Assembly: GCA_964016885.1 (NCBI GenBank)
Contig: OZ024742.1
Span: forward strand, 374,728,001 to 374,792,000
Source: Eledone cirrhosa
Taxonomy: Eukaryota
Direction: 5' to 3'
DNA length: 64,000 nt
The translations under genes and the position numbers were made by a program. Below the pieces are notes generated by a model, which made no database searches, had not been told where the DNA came from, and worked only from the letters and a program-made list of their open reading frames with translations. This document shows, one piece after another, positions 1 through 12,800 of the stretch (its first letter is position 1; each line of letters opens with the position of its first letter).

Positions 1-59
1 TGTCATGTTCTGGGGATAGACAGCTAAGATGACAGTGTCTCACTGATAGGACTGTCATG

Positions 60-2000
60 TACTGGGGATAGACAGACAGCTAAGATGACTGTGTCACACT
101 CATAGGACTGTCATGTTCTGGGGATAGACAGACAGCTAAGATGACTGTGTCTCACTCATAGGACTGTCATGTTCTGGGGATAGATAGACAGCTAAGATGA
201 CTGTCTCACTCATAGGACTGTCATGTTCTGGGGATAGACAGACAGCTAAGATGACTGTGTCTCACTCATAGGACTGTCATGTTCTGGGGATAGACAGACA
301 GCTAAGATGACTGTGTCTCACTCATAGGACTGTCATGTTCTGGGGATAGACAGACAGCTAAGATGACTGTGTCTCACTCATAGGACTGTCATGTTCTGGG
401 GATAGATAGACAGCTAAGATGACTGTCTCACTCATAGGACTGTCATGTTCTGGGGATAGACAGACAGCTAAGATGACTGTGTCTCACTCATAGGACTGTC
501 ATGTTCTGGGGATAGACAGACAGCTAAGATGACTGTGTCTCACTCATAGGACTGTCATGTTCTGGGGATAGATAGACAGCTAAGATGACTGTCTCACTCA
601 TAGGACTGTCATGTTCTGGGGACAGACAGACAGCTAAGATGACTGTGTCTCACTGATAGGACTGTCATGTTCTGGGGATAGACAGACAGCTAAGATGACT
701 GTGTCTCACTCATAGGACTGTCATGTTCTGGGGATAGATAGACAGCTAAGATGACTGTCTCACTCATAGGACTGTCATGTTCTGGGGATAGACAGACAGC
801 TAAGATGACTGTGTCTCACTCATAGGACTGTCATGTTCTGGGGATAGACAGACAGCTAAGATGACTGTGTCTCACTCATAGGACTGTCATGTTCTGGGGA
901 TAGACAGACAGCTAAGATGACTGTGTCTCACTCATAGGACTGTCATGTTCTGGGGATAGATAGACAGCTAAGATGACTGTCTCACTCATAGGACTGTCAT
1001 GTTCTGGGGATAGACAGACAGCTAAGATGACTGTGTCTCACTCATAGGACTGTCATGTTCTGGGGATAGACAGACAGCTAAGATGACTGTGTCTCACTCA
1101 TAGGACTGCCATGTTCTGGGGATAGATAGACAGCTAAGATGACTGTCTCACTCATAGGACTGTCATGTTCTGGGGACAGACAGACAGCTAAGATGACTGT
1201 GTCTCACTGATAGGACTGTCATGTTCTGGGGATAGACAGACAGCTAAGATGACTGTGTCTCACTCATAGGACTGTCATGTTCTGGGGATAGATAGACAGC
1301 TAAGATGACTGTGTCTCACTAATAGGACTGTCATGTACTGGGGATAGACAGACAGCTAAGATGACTGTGTCACACTCATAGGACTGTCATGTTCTGGGGT
1401 TAGACAGACAGCTAAGATGACTGTGTCTCACTCATAGGACTGTCATGTTCTGGGGATAGATAGACAGCTAAGATGACTGTCTCACTCATAGGACTGTCAT
1501 GTTCTGGGGATAGACAGACAGCTAAGATGACTGTGTCTCACTCATAGGACTGTCATGTTCTGGGGATAGACAGACAGCTAAGATGACTGTGTCTCACTCA
1601 TAGGACTGTCATGTTCTGGGGATAGACAGACAGCTAAGATGACTGTGTCTCACTCATAGGACTGTCATGTTCTGGGGATAGATAGACAGCTAAGATGACT
1701 GTCTCACTCATAGGACTGTCATGTTCTGGGGATAGACAGACAGCTAAGATGACTGTGTCTCACTCATAGGACTGTCATGTTCTGGGGATAGACAGACAGC
1801 TAAGATGACTGTGTCTCACTCATAGGACTGTCATGTTCTGGGGATAGATAGACAGCTAAGATGACTGTCTCACTCATAGGACTGTCATGTTCTGGGGACA
1901 GACAGACAGCTAAGATGACTGTGTCTCACTGATAGGACTGTCATGTTCTGGGGATAGACAGACAGCTAAGATGACTGTGTCTCACTCATAGGACTGTCAT
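60..2000 (+). repeat. Highly homogeneous block with short higher-order periodicity (166-bp trimer / 222-bp tetramer)
   Basis: The 54-bp variant GATAGATAGACAGCTAAGATGACTGTCTCACT has its CTGTCTC at 201, 423, 589, 755, 977, 1143, 1477, 1699 and 1865. Spacings are 222, 166, 166, 222, 166, 334, 222 and 166. Confidence 0.85.
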
Positions 2001-3446
2001 GTTCTGGGGATAGATAGACAGCTAAAATGACTGTGTCTCACTCATAGGACTGTCATGTTCTGGGGATAGATAGACAGCTAAAATGACTGTGTCTCACTCA
2101 CAGGACTGTCATGTTCTGGAGATAGACGGCTAAGATGACTGTCTCACTCATAGGACTGTCATGTACTGGGGATAGATAGACAGCGAAGATGACTGTGTCA
2201 CACTCATAGGACTGTCATGTTCTGGGGACAGACAAACAGCTAAGATGACTGTGTCTCACTGATAGGACTGTCATGTTCTAGGGAGACACAGCTAAGATGA
2301 CTGTGTCTCACTCATAGGACTGTCATGTTCTGGGGATAGATAGACAGCTAAGATGACTGTGTCTCACTCATAGGACTGTCATGCTCTGGGGATAGATAGA
2401 CAGCTAAGATGACTGTGTCTCACTGATAGGACTGTCATGTTCTGGGGATAGTTCGACAGCTAAGATGACTGTGTCTCACTCATAGGACTGTCATGTTCTG
2501 GGGACAGACAGACAGCTAAGATGACTGTGTCTCACTGATAGGACTGTCATGTTCTGGGGATAGACAGACAGCTAAGATGACTGTGTCTCACTGATAGGAC
2601 TGTCATGTTCTGGGGATAGACAGACAGCTAAGATGACTGTGTCTCACTCATAGGACTGTCATGTTCTGGGGATAGACAGCTAAGATGACTGTGTCTCACT
2701 GATAGGACTGTCATGTTCTGGGGATAGATAAACAGCTAAGATGACTGTGTCTCACTCATAGGACTGTCATGTTCTGGGGATAGACAGCTAAGATGACTGT
2801 GTCTCACTGATAGGACTGTCATGTTCTGGGGATAGATAGACAGCTAAGATGACTGTGTCACACTCATAGGACTGTCATGTTCTGGGGATAGACAGCTAAG
2901 ATGACTGTGTCTCACTCATAGGACTGTCATGTTCTGGGGATAGACAGACAGCTAAGATGACTGTGTCTCACTCATAGGACTGTCATGTTCTGGGGATAGA
3001 TAGACAGCTAAGATGACTGTCTCACTCATAGGACTGTCATGTTCTGGGGATAGACAGACAGCTAAGATGACTGTGTCTCACTGATAGGACTGTCATGTTC
3101 TGGGGATAGACAGACAGCTAAGATGACTGTGTCTCACTCATAGGACTGTCATGTTCTGGGGATAGATAGACAGCTAAGATGACTGTGTCTCACTGATAGG
3201 ACTGTCATGTTTTGGGATAGATAGACAGCTAAGATGACTGTGTCTCACTCATAGGACTGTCATGTTCTGGGGATAGATAGAGAGCTAAGATGACTGTGTC
3301 ACACTCATAGGACTGTCATGTTCTGGGGATAGACAGACAGCTAAGATGACTGTCTCACTCATAGGACTGTCATGTTCTGGGGATAGACAGACAGCTAAGA
3401 TGACTGTGTCTCTCTGATAGGACTGTCATGTTCTGGGGATAGACAG

Positions 3447-6400
3447 ACAGCTAAGATGACTGTGTCTCACTCATAGGACTGTCATGTTCTGGGGATAGAT
3501 AGACAGCTAAGATGACTGTGTCTCACTCATAGGACTGTCATGTTCTGGGGATAGATAGACAGCTAAGATGACTGTGTCTCACTCATAGGACTGTCATGTT
3601 CTGGGGATAGACACACAGCTAAGATGACTGTGTCTCACTCATAGGACTGTCATGTTCTGGGGATAGATAGACAGCTAAGATGACTGTGTCACACTCATAG
3701 GACTGTCATGTTCTGGGGATAGATAGACAGCTAAGATGACTGTGTCTCACTCATAGGACTGTCATGTTCTGGGAATAGATAGACAGCTAAGATGACTGTG
3801 TCTCACTCATAGGACTGTCATGTTCTGGGGATAGACAGACAGCTAAGATGACTGTGTCTCACTGATAGGACTGTCATGTTCTGGGGATAGACAGACAGCT
3901 AAGATGACTGTGTCTCACTCATAGGACTGTCATGTTCTGGGGATAGACAGACAGCTAAGATGACTGTGTCTCACTCATAGGACTGTCATGTTCTGGGGAT
4001 AGATAGACAGCTAAGATGACTGTGTCACACTCATAGGACTGTCATGTTCTGGGGATAGATAGACAGCTAAGATGACTGTGTCTCACTCATAGGACTGTCA
4101 TGTTCTGGGGATAGACAGACAGCTAAGATGACTGTGTCTCACTGATAGGACTGTCATGTTCTGGGGATAGACAGACAGCTAAGATGACTGTGTCTCACTC
4201 ATAGGACTGTCATGTTCTGGGGATAGATAGACAGCTAAGATGACTGTGTCACACTCATAGGATTGTCATGTTCTGGGGATAGATAGACAGCTAAGATGAC
4301 CGTGTCTCACTCATAGGACTGTCATGTTCTGGGGATAGACAGACAGCTAAGATGACTGTGTCTCACTCATAGGACTGTCATGTTCTGGGGATAGATAGAC
4401 AGCTAAGATGACTGTGTCTCACTCATAGGACTGTCATGTTCTGGGGATAGATAGACAGCTAAATGACTGTGTCTCACTCATAGGACTGTCATGTTCTGGG
4501 GATAGATAGACAGCTAAGATGACTGTGTCTCACTCATAGGACTGTCATGTTCTGGGGATAGACAGACAGCTAAGATGACTGTGTCTCACTCATAGGACTG
4601 TCATGTTCTGGGGATAGATAGACAGCTAAGATGACTGTGTCTCACTCATAGGACCGTCATGTTCTGGGGATAGATAGACAGCTAAGATGACTGTGTCTCA
4701 CTCATAGGACTGTCATGTTCTGGGGATAGACAGACAGCTAAGATGACTGTGTCTCACTCATAGGACTGTCATGTTCTGGGGATAGATAGACGGCTAAGAT
4801 GACTGTGTCTCACTCATAGGACTGTCATGTTCTGGGGATAGATAGACAGCTAAGATGACTGTGTCTCACTCATAGGACTGTCATGTTCTGGGGATAGACA
4901 GACAGCTAAGATGACTGTGTCTCATTCATAGGACTGTCATGTTCTGGGAATAGATAGACAGCTAAGATGACTGTGTCACACTCATAGCACTGTCATGTTC
5001 TGGGGATAGATAGACAGCTAAGATGACTGCGTCTCACTCAGAGGACTGTCATGTCTGGGGATAGACAGCTAAGATGACAGTGTCTCACTCATAGGACTGT
5101 CATTTTCTTGGGATAGACAGCTAAGACGACTGTGTCTCACTCATAGGACTGTCCTATTCTGGAGATAGATAGAGAGCTAAGATGACTGTGTCACACTCAT
5201 AGGACTGTCATGTTTCGGGGATAGACAGCTAAGATGACTGTCTCACTCATAGGACTGTCATGTACTGGGGATAGATAGACAGCGAAGATGACTGTGTCAC
5301 ACTCTTAGGACTGTTCATGTACCGGGAATAGACGGCTTCGATGACTGTGTCTCACTCATAGGACTGTCATGTTCTGGGGATAGACAGACAGCCAAGATGA
5401 CTGTGTCTCACTGATAGGACTGTCATGTTCTGGGGATAGACAGACAGCTAAGGTGACTGTGTCTCACTCAACGGACTGTCATGTTCTGGGGACAGACAGA
5501 CAGCTAAGATGACTGTGTCACACTCATAGGACTGTCATGTTCTGGGGATAGATAGACAGCTAAGATGACTGTGTCTCACTCATAGGACTGTCATGTTCTG
5601 GGGATAGATAGACAGCTAAGATGACTGTGTCTCACTCATAGGACTGTCATGTTCTGGGGATAGACACACAGCTAAGATGACTGTGTCTCACTCATAGGAC
5701 TGTCATGTTCTGGGGATAGATAGACAGCTAAGATGACTGTGTCTCACTCATAGGACTGTCATGTTCTGGGGATAGATAGACAGCTAAGATGACTGTGTCT
5801 CACTCATAGGACTGTCATGTTCTGGGGATAGACACACAGCTAAGATGACTGTGTCTCACTCATAGGACTGTCATGTTCTGGGGATAGATAGACAGCTAAG
5901 ATGACTGTGTCACACTCATAGGACTGTCATGTTCTGGGGATAGATAGACAGCTAAGATGACTGTGTCTCACTCATAGGACTGTCATGTTCTGGGAATAGA
6001 TAGACAGCTAAGATGACTGTGTCTCACTCATAGGACTGTCATGTTCTGGGGATAGACAGACAGCTAAGATGACTGTGTCTCACTGATAGGACTGTCATGT
6101 TCTGGGGATAGACAGACAGCTAAGATGACTGTGTCTCACTCATAGGACTGTCATGTTCTGGGGATAGACAGACAGCTAAGATGACTGTGTCTCACTCATA
6201 GGACTGTCATGTTCTGGGGATAGATAGACAGCTAAGATGACTGTGTCACACTCATAGGACTGTCATGTTCTGGGGATAGATAGACAGCTAAGATGACTGT
6301 GTCTCACTCATAGGACTGTCATGTTCTGGGGATAGACAGACAGCTAAGATGACTGTGTCTCACTGATAGGACTGTCATGTTCTGGGGATAGACAGACAGC

Positions 6401-7829
6401 TAAGATGACTGTGTCTCACTCATAGGACTGTCATGTTCTGGGGATAGATAGACAGCTAAGATGACTGTGTCACACTCATAGGATTGTCATGTTCTGGGGA
6501 TAGATAGACAGCTAAGATGACCGTGTCTCACTCATAGGACTGTCATGTTCTGGGGATAGACAGACAGCTAAGATGACTGTGTCTCACTCATAGGACTGTC
6601 ATGTTCTGGGGATAGATAGACAGCTAAGATGACTGTGTCTCACTCATAGGACTGTCATGTTCTGGGGATAGATAGACAGCTAAATGACTGTGTCTCACTC
6701 ATAGGACTGTCATGTTCTGGGGATAGATAGACAGCTAAGATGACTGTGTCTCACTCATAGGACTGTCATGTTCTGGGGATAGACAGACAGCTAAGATGAC
6801 TGTGTCTCACTCATAGGACTGTCATGTTCTGGGGATAGATAGACAGCTAAGATGACTGTGTCTCACTCATAGGACCGTCATGTTCTGGGGATAGATAGAC
6901 AGCTAAGATGACTGTGTCTCACTCATAGGACTGTCATGTTCTGGGGATAGACAGACAGCTAAGATGACTGTGTCTCACTCATAGGACTGTCATGTTCTGG
7001 GGATAGATAGACGGCTAAGATGACTGTGTCTCACTCATAGGACTGTCATGTTCTGGGGATAGATAGACAGCTAAGATGACTGTGTCTCACTCATAGGACT
7101 GTCATGTTCTGGGGATAGACAGACAGCTAAGATGACTGTGTCTCATTCATAGGACTGTCATGTTCTGGGAATAGATAGACAGCTAAGATGACTGTGTCAC
7201 ACTCATAGCACTGTCATGTTCTGGGGATAGATAGACAGCTAAGATGACTGCGTCTCACTCAGAGGACTGTCATGTCTGGGGATAGACAGCTAAGATGACA
7301 GTGTCTCACTCATAGGACTGTCATTTTCTTGGGATAGACAGCTAAGACGACTGTGTCTCACTCATAGGACTGTCCTATTCTGGAGATAGATAGAGAGCTA
7401 AGATGACTGTGTCACACTGATAGGACTGTCATGTTTCGGGGATAGACAGCTAAGATGACTGTCTCACTCATAGGACTGTCATGTACTGGGGATAGATAGA
7501 CAGCGAAGATGACTGTGTCACACTCTTAGGACTGTTCATGTACCGGGAATAGACGGCTTCGATGACTGTGTCTCACTCATAGGACTGTCATGTTCTGGGG
7601 ATAGACAGACAGCTAAGATGACTGTGTCTCACTGATAGGACTGTCATGTTCTGGGGATAGACAGACAGCTAAGGTGACTGTGTCTCACTCAACGGACTGT
7701 CATGTTCTGGGGACAGACAGACAGCTAAGATGACTGTGTCACACTCATAGGACTGTCATGTTCTGGGGATAGATAGACAGCTAAGATGACTGTGTCTCAC
7801 TCATAGGACTGTCATGTTCTGGGGATAGA
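3447..7829 (+). repeat. Near-tandem segmental duplication within the array, offset 2221 bp (about 3447-5608 vs 5668-7829)
   Basis: Rare markers recur at a constant offset: GATTGTCATG 4261/6482, ACCGGGAATAGACGGCTTCG 5321/7542, ACACACAGCT 3611/5832. Confidence 0.9.
4980..5480 (+). repeat. Diverged multi-monomer cassette A (full copies also at about 7200, 13155, 17780; partial at about 27480, 31450; tail only at about 36625, 46240)
   Basis: A linked series of rare variants in fixed order: CATAGCAC, CAGAGGAC, CATGTCTGG, CATTTTCTTG, AAGACGAC, CCTATTCTGGAG, GTTTCGGGG, AGCGAAG, CTCTTAGGACTGTTCATGTWCCGGGAATAGACGGCTTCG, AAGGTGAC, CAACGGAC. Confidence 0.9.
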
Positions 7830-7915
7830 CAGACAGCTAAGATGACTGTGTCTCACTGATAGGACTGTCATGTTCTGGGGACAGACACACAGCTAAGATG
7901 ACTGTCACACTCATA

Positions 7916-8225
7916 GGACTGTCCTGTACTGGGAATAGACAGCTAAGATGGCTGCGTCTCACTCATAGGAGTCATCTTCTGGGGATAGACAGACAGCTAA
8001 GTTGACTGTCTCACACATAGGACTGTCATGTACTTGGGATAGACAGCTAAGATGACAGTGTCTCACTCATAGGACTGTCCTGTTCTGGGGACAGACAGCT
8101 AAGATGACTGTCTCACTCATAGGACTGTCATGTACTGGGGATAGACATCTAAGATGGCTGCGTCTCACTCATAGGACTGTCATGTTCTAGGGAGACACAG
8201 CTAAGATGACTGTGTCTCACTCATA
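7916..8225 (+). repeat. Diverged 310-bp hexamer cassette B (52+52+52+50+52+52 bp), first of about 19 copies
   Basis: Linked variants GTCCTGTACTGGGAA, GGCTGCGTC, GGAGTCATCTTC, AAGTTGAC, CACACATA, TACTTGGG, GACAGTG, GACATCTAAG and TTCTAGGGAGACAC. Copies start near 7916, 13870, 18494, 22178, 24056, 27969, 31938, 36872, 40612, 42490, 43910, 44892, 46487, 50397, 52275, 53695, 54677, 55896 and 56878. The copies near 44892, 54677 and 56878 lack the sixth monomer and run into cassette C. Confidence 0.92.
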
Positions 8226-9889
8226 GGACTGTCATGTTCTGGGGATAGATAGACAGCTAAGATAACTGTGTCTCACTCATAGGACTGTCATGTTCTGGGG
8301 ATAGATAGACAGCTAAGATTACTGTGTCTCACTGATAGGACTGTCATGTTCTGGGGATAGATAGACAGCTAAGATGACTGTGTCTCACTCATAGGACTGT
8401 CATGTTCTGGGGACAGACAGATAGCTAAGATGACTGTGTCTCACTGATAGGACTGTCATGTTCTGGGGATAGACAGACAGCTAAGATGACTGTGTCTCAC
8501 TGATAGGACTGTCATGTTCTGGGGATAGACAGACAGCTAAGATGACTGTCTCACTCATACGACTGTCATGTTCTGGGGATAGATAGACAGCTAAGATGAC
8601 TGTGTCTCACTCATAGGACTGTCATGTTCTGGGGATAGACAGCTAAGATGACTGTGTCTCACTGATAGGACTGTCATGTTCTGGGGATAGATAAACAGCT
8701 AAGATGACTGTGTCTCACTCATAGGACTGTCATGTTCTGGGGATAGACAGACAGCTAAGATGACTGTGTCTCACTCATAGGACTGTCATGTTCTGGGGAT
8801 AGACAGACAGCTAAGATGACTGTGTCTCACTCATAGGACTGTCATGTTCTGGGGATAGATAGACAGCTAAGATGACTGTCTCACTCATAGGACTGTCATG
8901 TTCTGGGGATAGACAGACAGCTAAGATGACTGTGTCTCACTCATAGGACTGTCATGTTCTGGGGATAGACAGACAGCTAAGATGACTGTGTCTCACTCAT
9001 AGGACTGTCATATTCTGGGGATAGATAGACAGCTAAGATGACTGTCTCACTCATAGGACTGTCATGTTCTGGGGACAGACAGACAGCTAAGATGACTGTG
9101 TCTCACTGATAGGACTGTCATGTTCTGGGGATAGACAGACAGCTAAGATGACTGTGTCTCACTCATAGGACTGTCATGTTCTGGGGATAGATAGACAGCT
9201 AAGATGACTGTGTCTCACTAATAGGACTGTCATGTACTGGGGATAGACAGACAGCTAAGATGACTGTGTCACACTCATAGGACTGTCATGTTCTGGGGAT
9301 AGACAGACAGCTAAGATGACTGTGTCTCACTCATAGGACTGTCATGTTCTGGGGATAGATAGACAGCTAAGATGACTGTCTCACTCATAGGACTGTCATG
9401 TTCTGGGGATAGACAGACAGCTAAGATGACTGTGTCTCACTCATAGGACTGTCATGTTCTGGGGATAGACAGACAGCTAAGATGACTGTGTCTCACTCAT
9501 AGGACTGTCATGTTCTGTGGATAGACAGACAGCTAAGATGACTGTGTCTCACTCATAGGACTGTCATGTTCTGGGGATAGATAGACAGCTAAGATGACTG
9601 TCTCACTCATAGGACTGTCATGTTCTGGGGATAGACAGACAGCTAAGATGACTGTGTCTCACTCATAGGACTGTCATGTTCTGGGGATAGATAGACAGCT
9701 AAGATGACTGTCTCACTCATAGGACTGTCATGTTCTGGGGATAGACAGACAGCTAAGATGACTGTGTCTCACTCATAGGACTGTCATGTTCTGGGGATAG
9801 ACAGACAGCTAAGATGACTGTGTCTCACTCATAGGACTGTCATGTTCTGGGGATAGACAGACAGCTAAGATGACTGTGTCTCACTCATA

Positions 9890-12800
9890 GGACTGTCATG
9901 TTCTGGGGATAGATAGACAGCTAAGATGACTGTCTCACTCATAGGACTGTCATGTTCTGGGGATAGACAGACAGCTAAGATGACTGTGTCTCACTCATAG
10001 GACTGTCATGTTCTGGGGATAGACAGACAGCTAAGATGACTGTGTCTCACTCATAGGACTGTCATGTTCTGGGGATAGATAGACAGCTAAGATGACTGTC
10101 TCACTCATAGGACTGTCATGTTCTGGGGACAGACAGACAGCTAAGATGACTGTGTCTCACTCATAGGACTGTCATGTTCTGGGGATAGATAGACAGCTAA
10201 GATGACTGTGTCACACTCATAGGACTGTCATGTTCTGGGGATAGATAGACAGCTAAGATGACTGTGTCTCACTCACAGGACTGTCATGTTCTGGAGATAG
10301 ACGGCTAAGATGACTGTCTCACTCATAGGACTGTCATGTACTGGGGATAGATAGACAGCGAAGATGACTGTGTCACACTCATAGGACTGTCATGTTCTGG
10401 GGACAGACAAACAGCTAAGATGACTGTGTCTCACTGATAGGACTGACATGTTCTAGGGAGACACAGCTAAGATGACTGTGTCTCACTCATAGGACTGTCA
10501 TGTTCTGGGGATAGACAGACAGCTAAGATGACTGTGTCTCACTCATAGGACTGTCATGCTCTGGGGATAGATAGACAGCTAAGATGACTGTGTCTCACTG
10601 ATAGGACTGTCATGTTCTGGGGATAGTTCGACAGCTAAGATGACTGTGTCTCACTCATAGGACTGTCATGTTCTGGGGACAGACAGACAGCTAAGATGAC
10701 TGTGTCTCACTGATAGGACTGTCATGTTCTGGGGATAGACAGACAGCTAAGATGACTGTGTCTCACTGATAGGACTGTCATGTTCTGGGGATAGACAGAC
10801 AGCTAAGATGACTGTGTCTCACTCATAGGACTGTCATGTTCTGGGGATAGACAGCTAAGATGACTGTGTCTCACTGATAGGACTGTCATGTTCTGGGGAT
10901 AGATAAACAGCTAAGATGACTGTGTCTCACTCATAGGACTGTCATGTTCTGGGGATAGACAGCTAAGATGACTGTGTCTCACTGATAGGACTGTCATGTT
11001 CTGGGGATAGATAGACAGCTAAGATGACTGTGTCACACTCATAGGACTGTCATGTTCTGGGGATAGACAGCTAAGATGACTGTGTCTCACTCATAGGACT
11101 GTCATGTTCTGGGGATAGACAGACAGCTAAGATGACTGTGTCTCACTCATAGGACTGTCATGTTCTGGGGATAGATAGACAGCTAAGATGACTGTCTCAC
11201 TCATAGGACTGTCATGTTCTGGGGATAGACAGACAGCTAAGATGACTGTGTCTCACTGATAGGACTGTCATGTTCTGGGGATAGACAGACAGCTAAGATG
11301 ACTGTGTCTCACTCATAGGACTGTCATGTTCTGGGGATAGATAGACAGCTAAGATGACTGTGTCTCACTGATAGGACTGTCATGTTTTGGGATAGATAGA
11401 CAGCTAAGATGACTGTGTCTCACTCATAGGACTGTCATGTTCTGGGGATAGATAGACAGCTAAGATGACTGTGTCACACTCATAGGACTGTCATGTTCTG
11501 GGGATAGACAGACAGCTAAGATGACTGTCTCACTCATAGGACTGTCATGTTCTGGGGATAGACAGACAGCTAAGATGACTGTGTCTCTCTGATAGGACTG
11601 TCATGTTCTGGGGATAGACAGACAGCTAAGATGACTGTGTCTCACTCATAGGACTGTCATGTTCTGGGGATAGATAGACAGCTAAGATGACTGTGTCTCA
11701 CTCATAGGACTGTCATGTTCTGGGGATAGATAGACAGCTAAGATGACTGTGTCTCACTCATAGGACTGTCATGTTCTGGGGATAGACACACAGCTAAGAT
11801 GACTGTGTCTCACTCATAGGACTGTCATGTTCTGGGGATAGATAGACAGCTAAGATGACTGTGTCACACTCATAGGACTGTCATGTTCTGGGGATAGATA
11901 GACAGCTAAGATGACTGTGTCTCACTCATAGGACTGTCATGTTCTGGGAATAGATAGACAGCTAAGATGACTGTGTCTCACTCATAGGACTGTCATGTTC
12001 TGGGGATAGACAGACAGCTAAGATGACTGTGTCTCACTGATAGGACTGTCATGTTCTGGGGATAGACAGACAGCTAAGATGACTGTGTCTCACTCATAGG
12101 ACTGTCATGTTCTGGGGATAGACAGACAGCTAAGATGACTGTGTCTCACTCATAGGACTGTCATGTTCTGGGGATAGATAGACAGCTAAGATGACTGTGT
12201 CACACTCATAGGACTGTCATGTTCTGGGGATAGATAGACAGCTAAGATGACTGTGTCTCACTCATAGGACTGTCATGTTCTGGGGATAGACAGACAGCTA
12301 AGATGACTGTGTCTCACTGATAGGACTGTCATGTTCTGGGGATAGACAGACAGCTAAGATGACTGTGTCTCACTCATAGGACTGTCATGTTCTGGGGATA
12401 GATAGACAGCTAAGATGACTGTGTCACACTCATAGGATTGTCATGTTCTGGGGATAGATAGACAGCTAAGATGACCGTGTCTCACTCATAGGACTGTCAT
12501 GTTCTGGGGATAGACAGACAGCTAAGATGACTGTGTCTCACTCATAGGACTGTCATGTTCTGGGGATAGAGAGACAGCTAAGATGACTGTGTCTCACTCA
12601 TAGGACTGTCATGTTCTGGGGATAGATAGACAGCTAAATGACTGTGTCTCACTCATAGGACTGTCATGTTCTGGGGATAGATAGACAGCTAAGATGACTG
12701 TGTCTCACTCATAGGACTGTCATGTTCTGGGGATAGACAGACAGCTAAGATGACTGTGTCTCACTCATAGGACTGTCATGTTCTGGGGATAGATAGACAG

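Noticed and set aside
29-45. V(D)J RSS heptamer-like words (GACAGTG / GACTGTG)
   Set aside because: They lack the essential CAC match or an associated ACAAAAACC nonamer at 12/23 bp, and no gene segments are present.
2283-2309. MITE or transposon terminal inverted repeats, or an intrinsic terminator
   Set aside because: The inverted repeats are internal to the monomer with a 9-bp spacer. There are no target-site duplications, no poly-T tail and no upstream gene.
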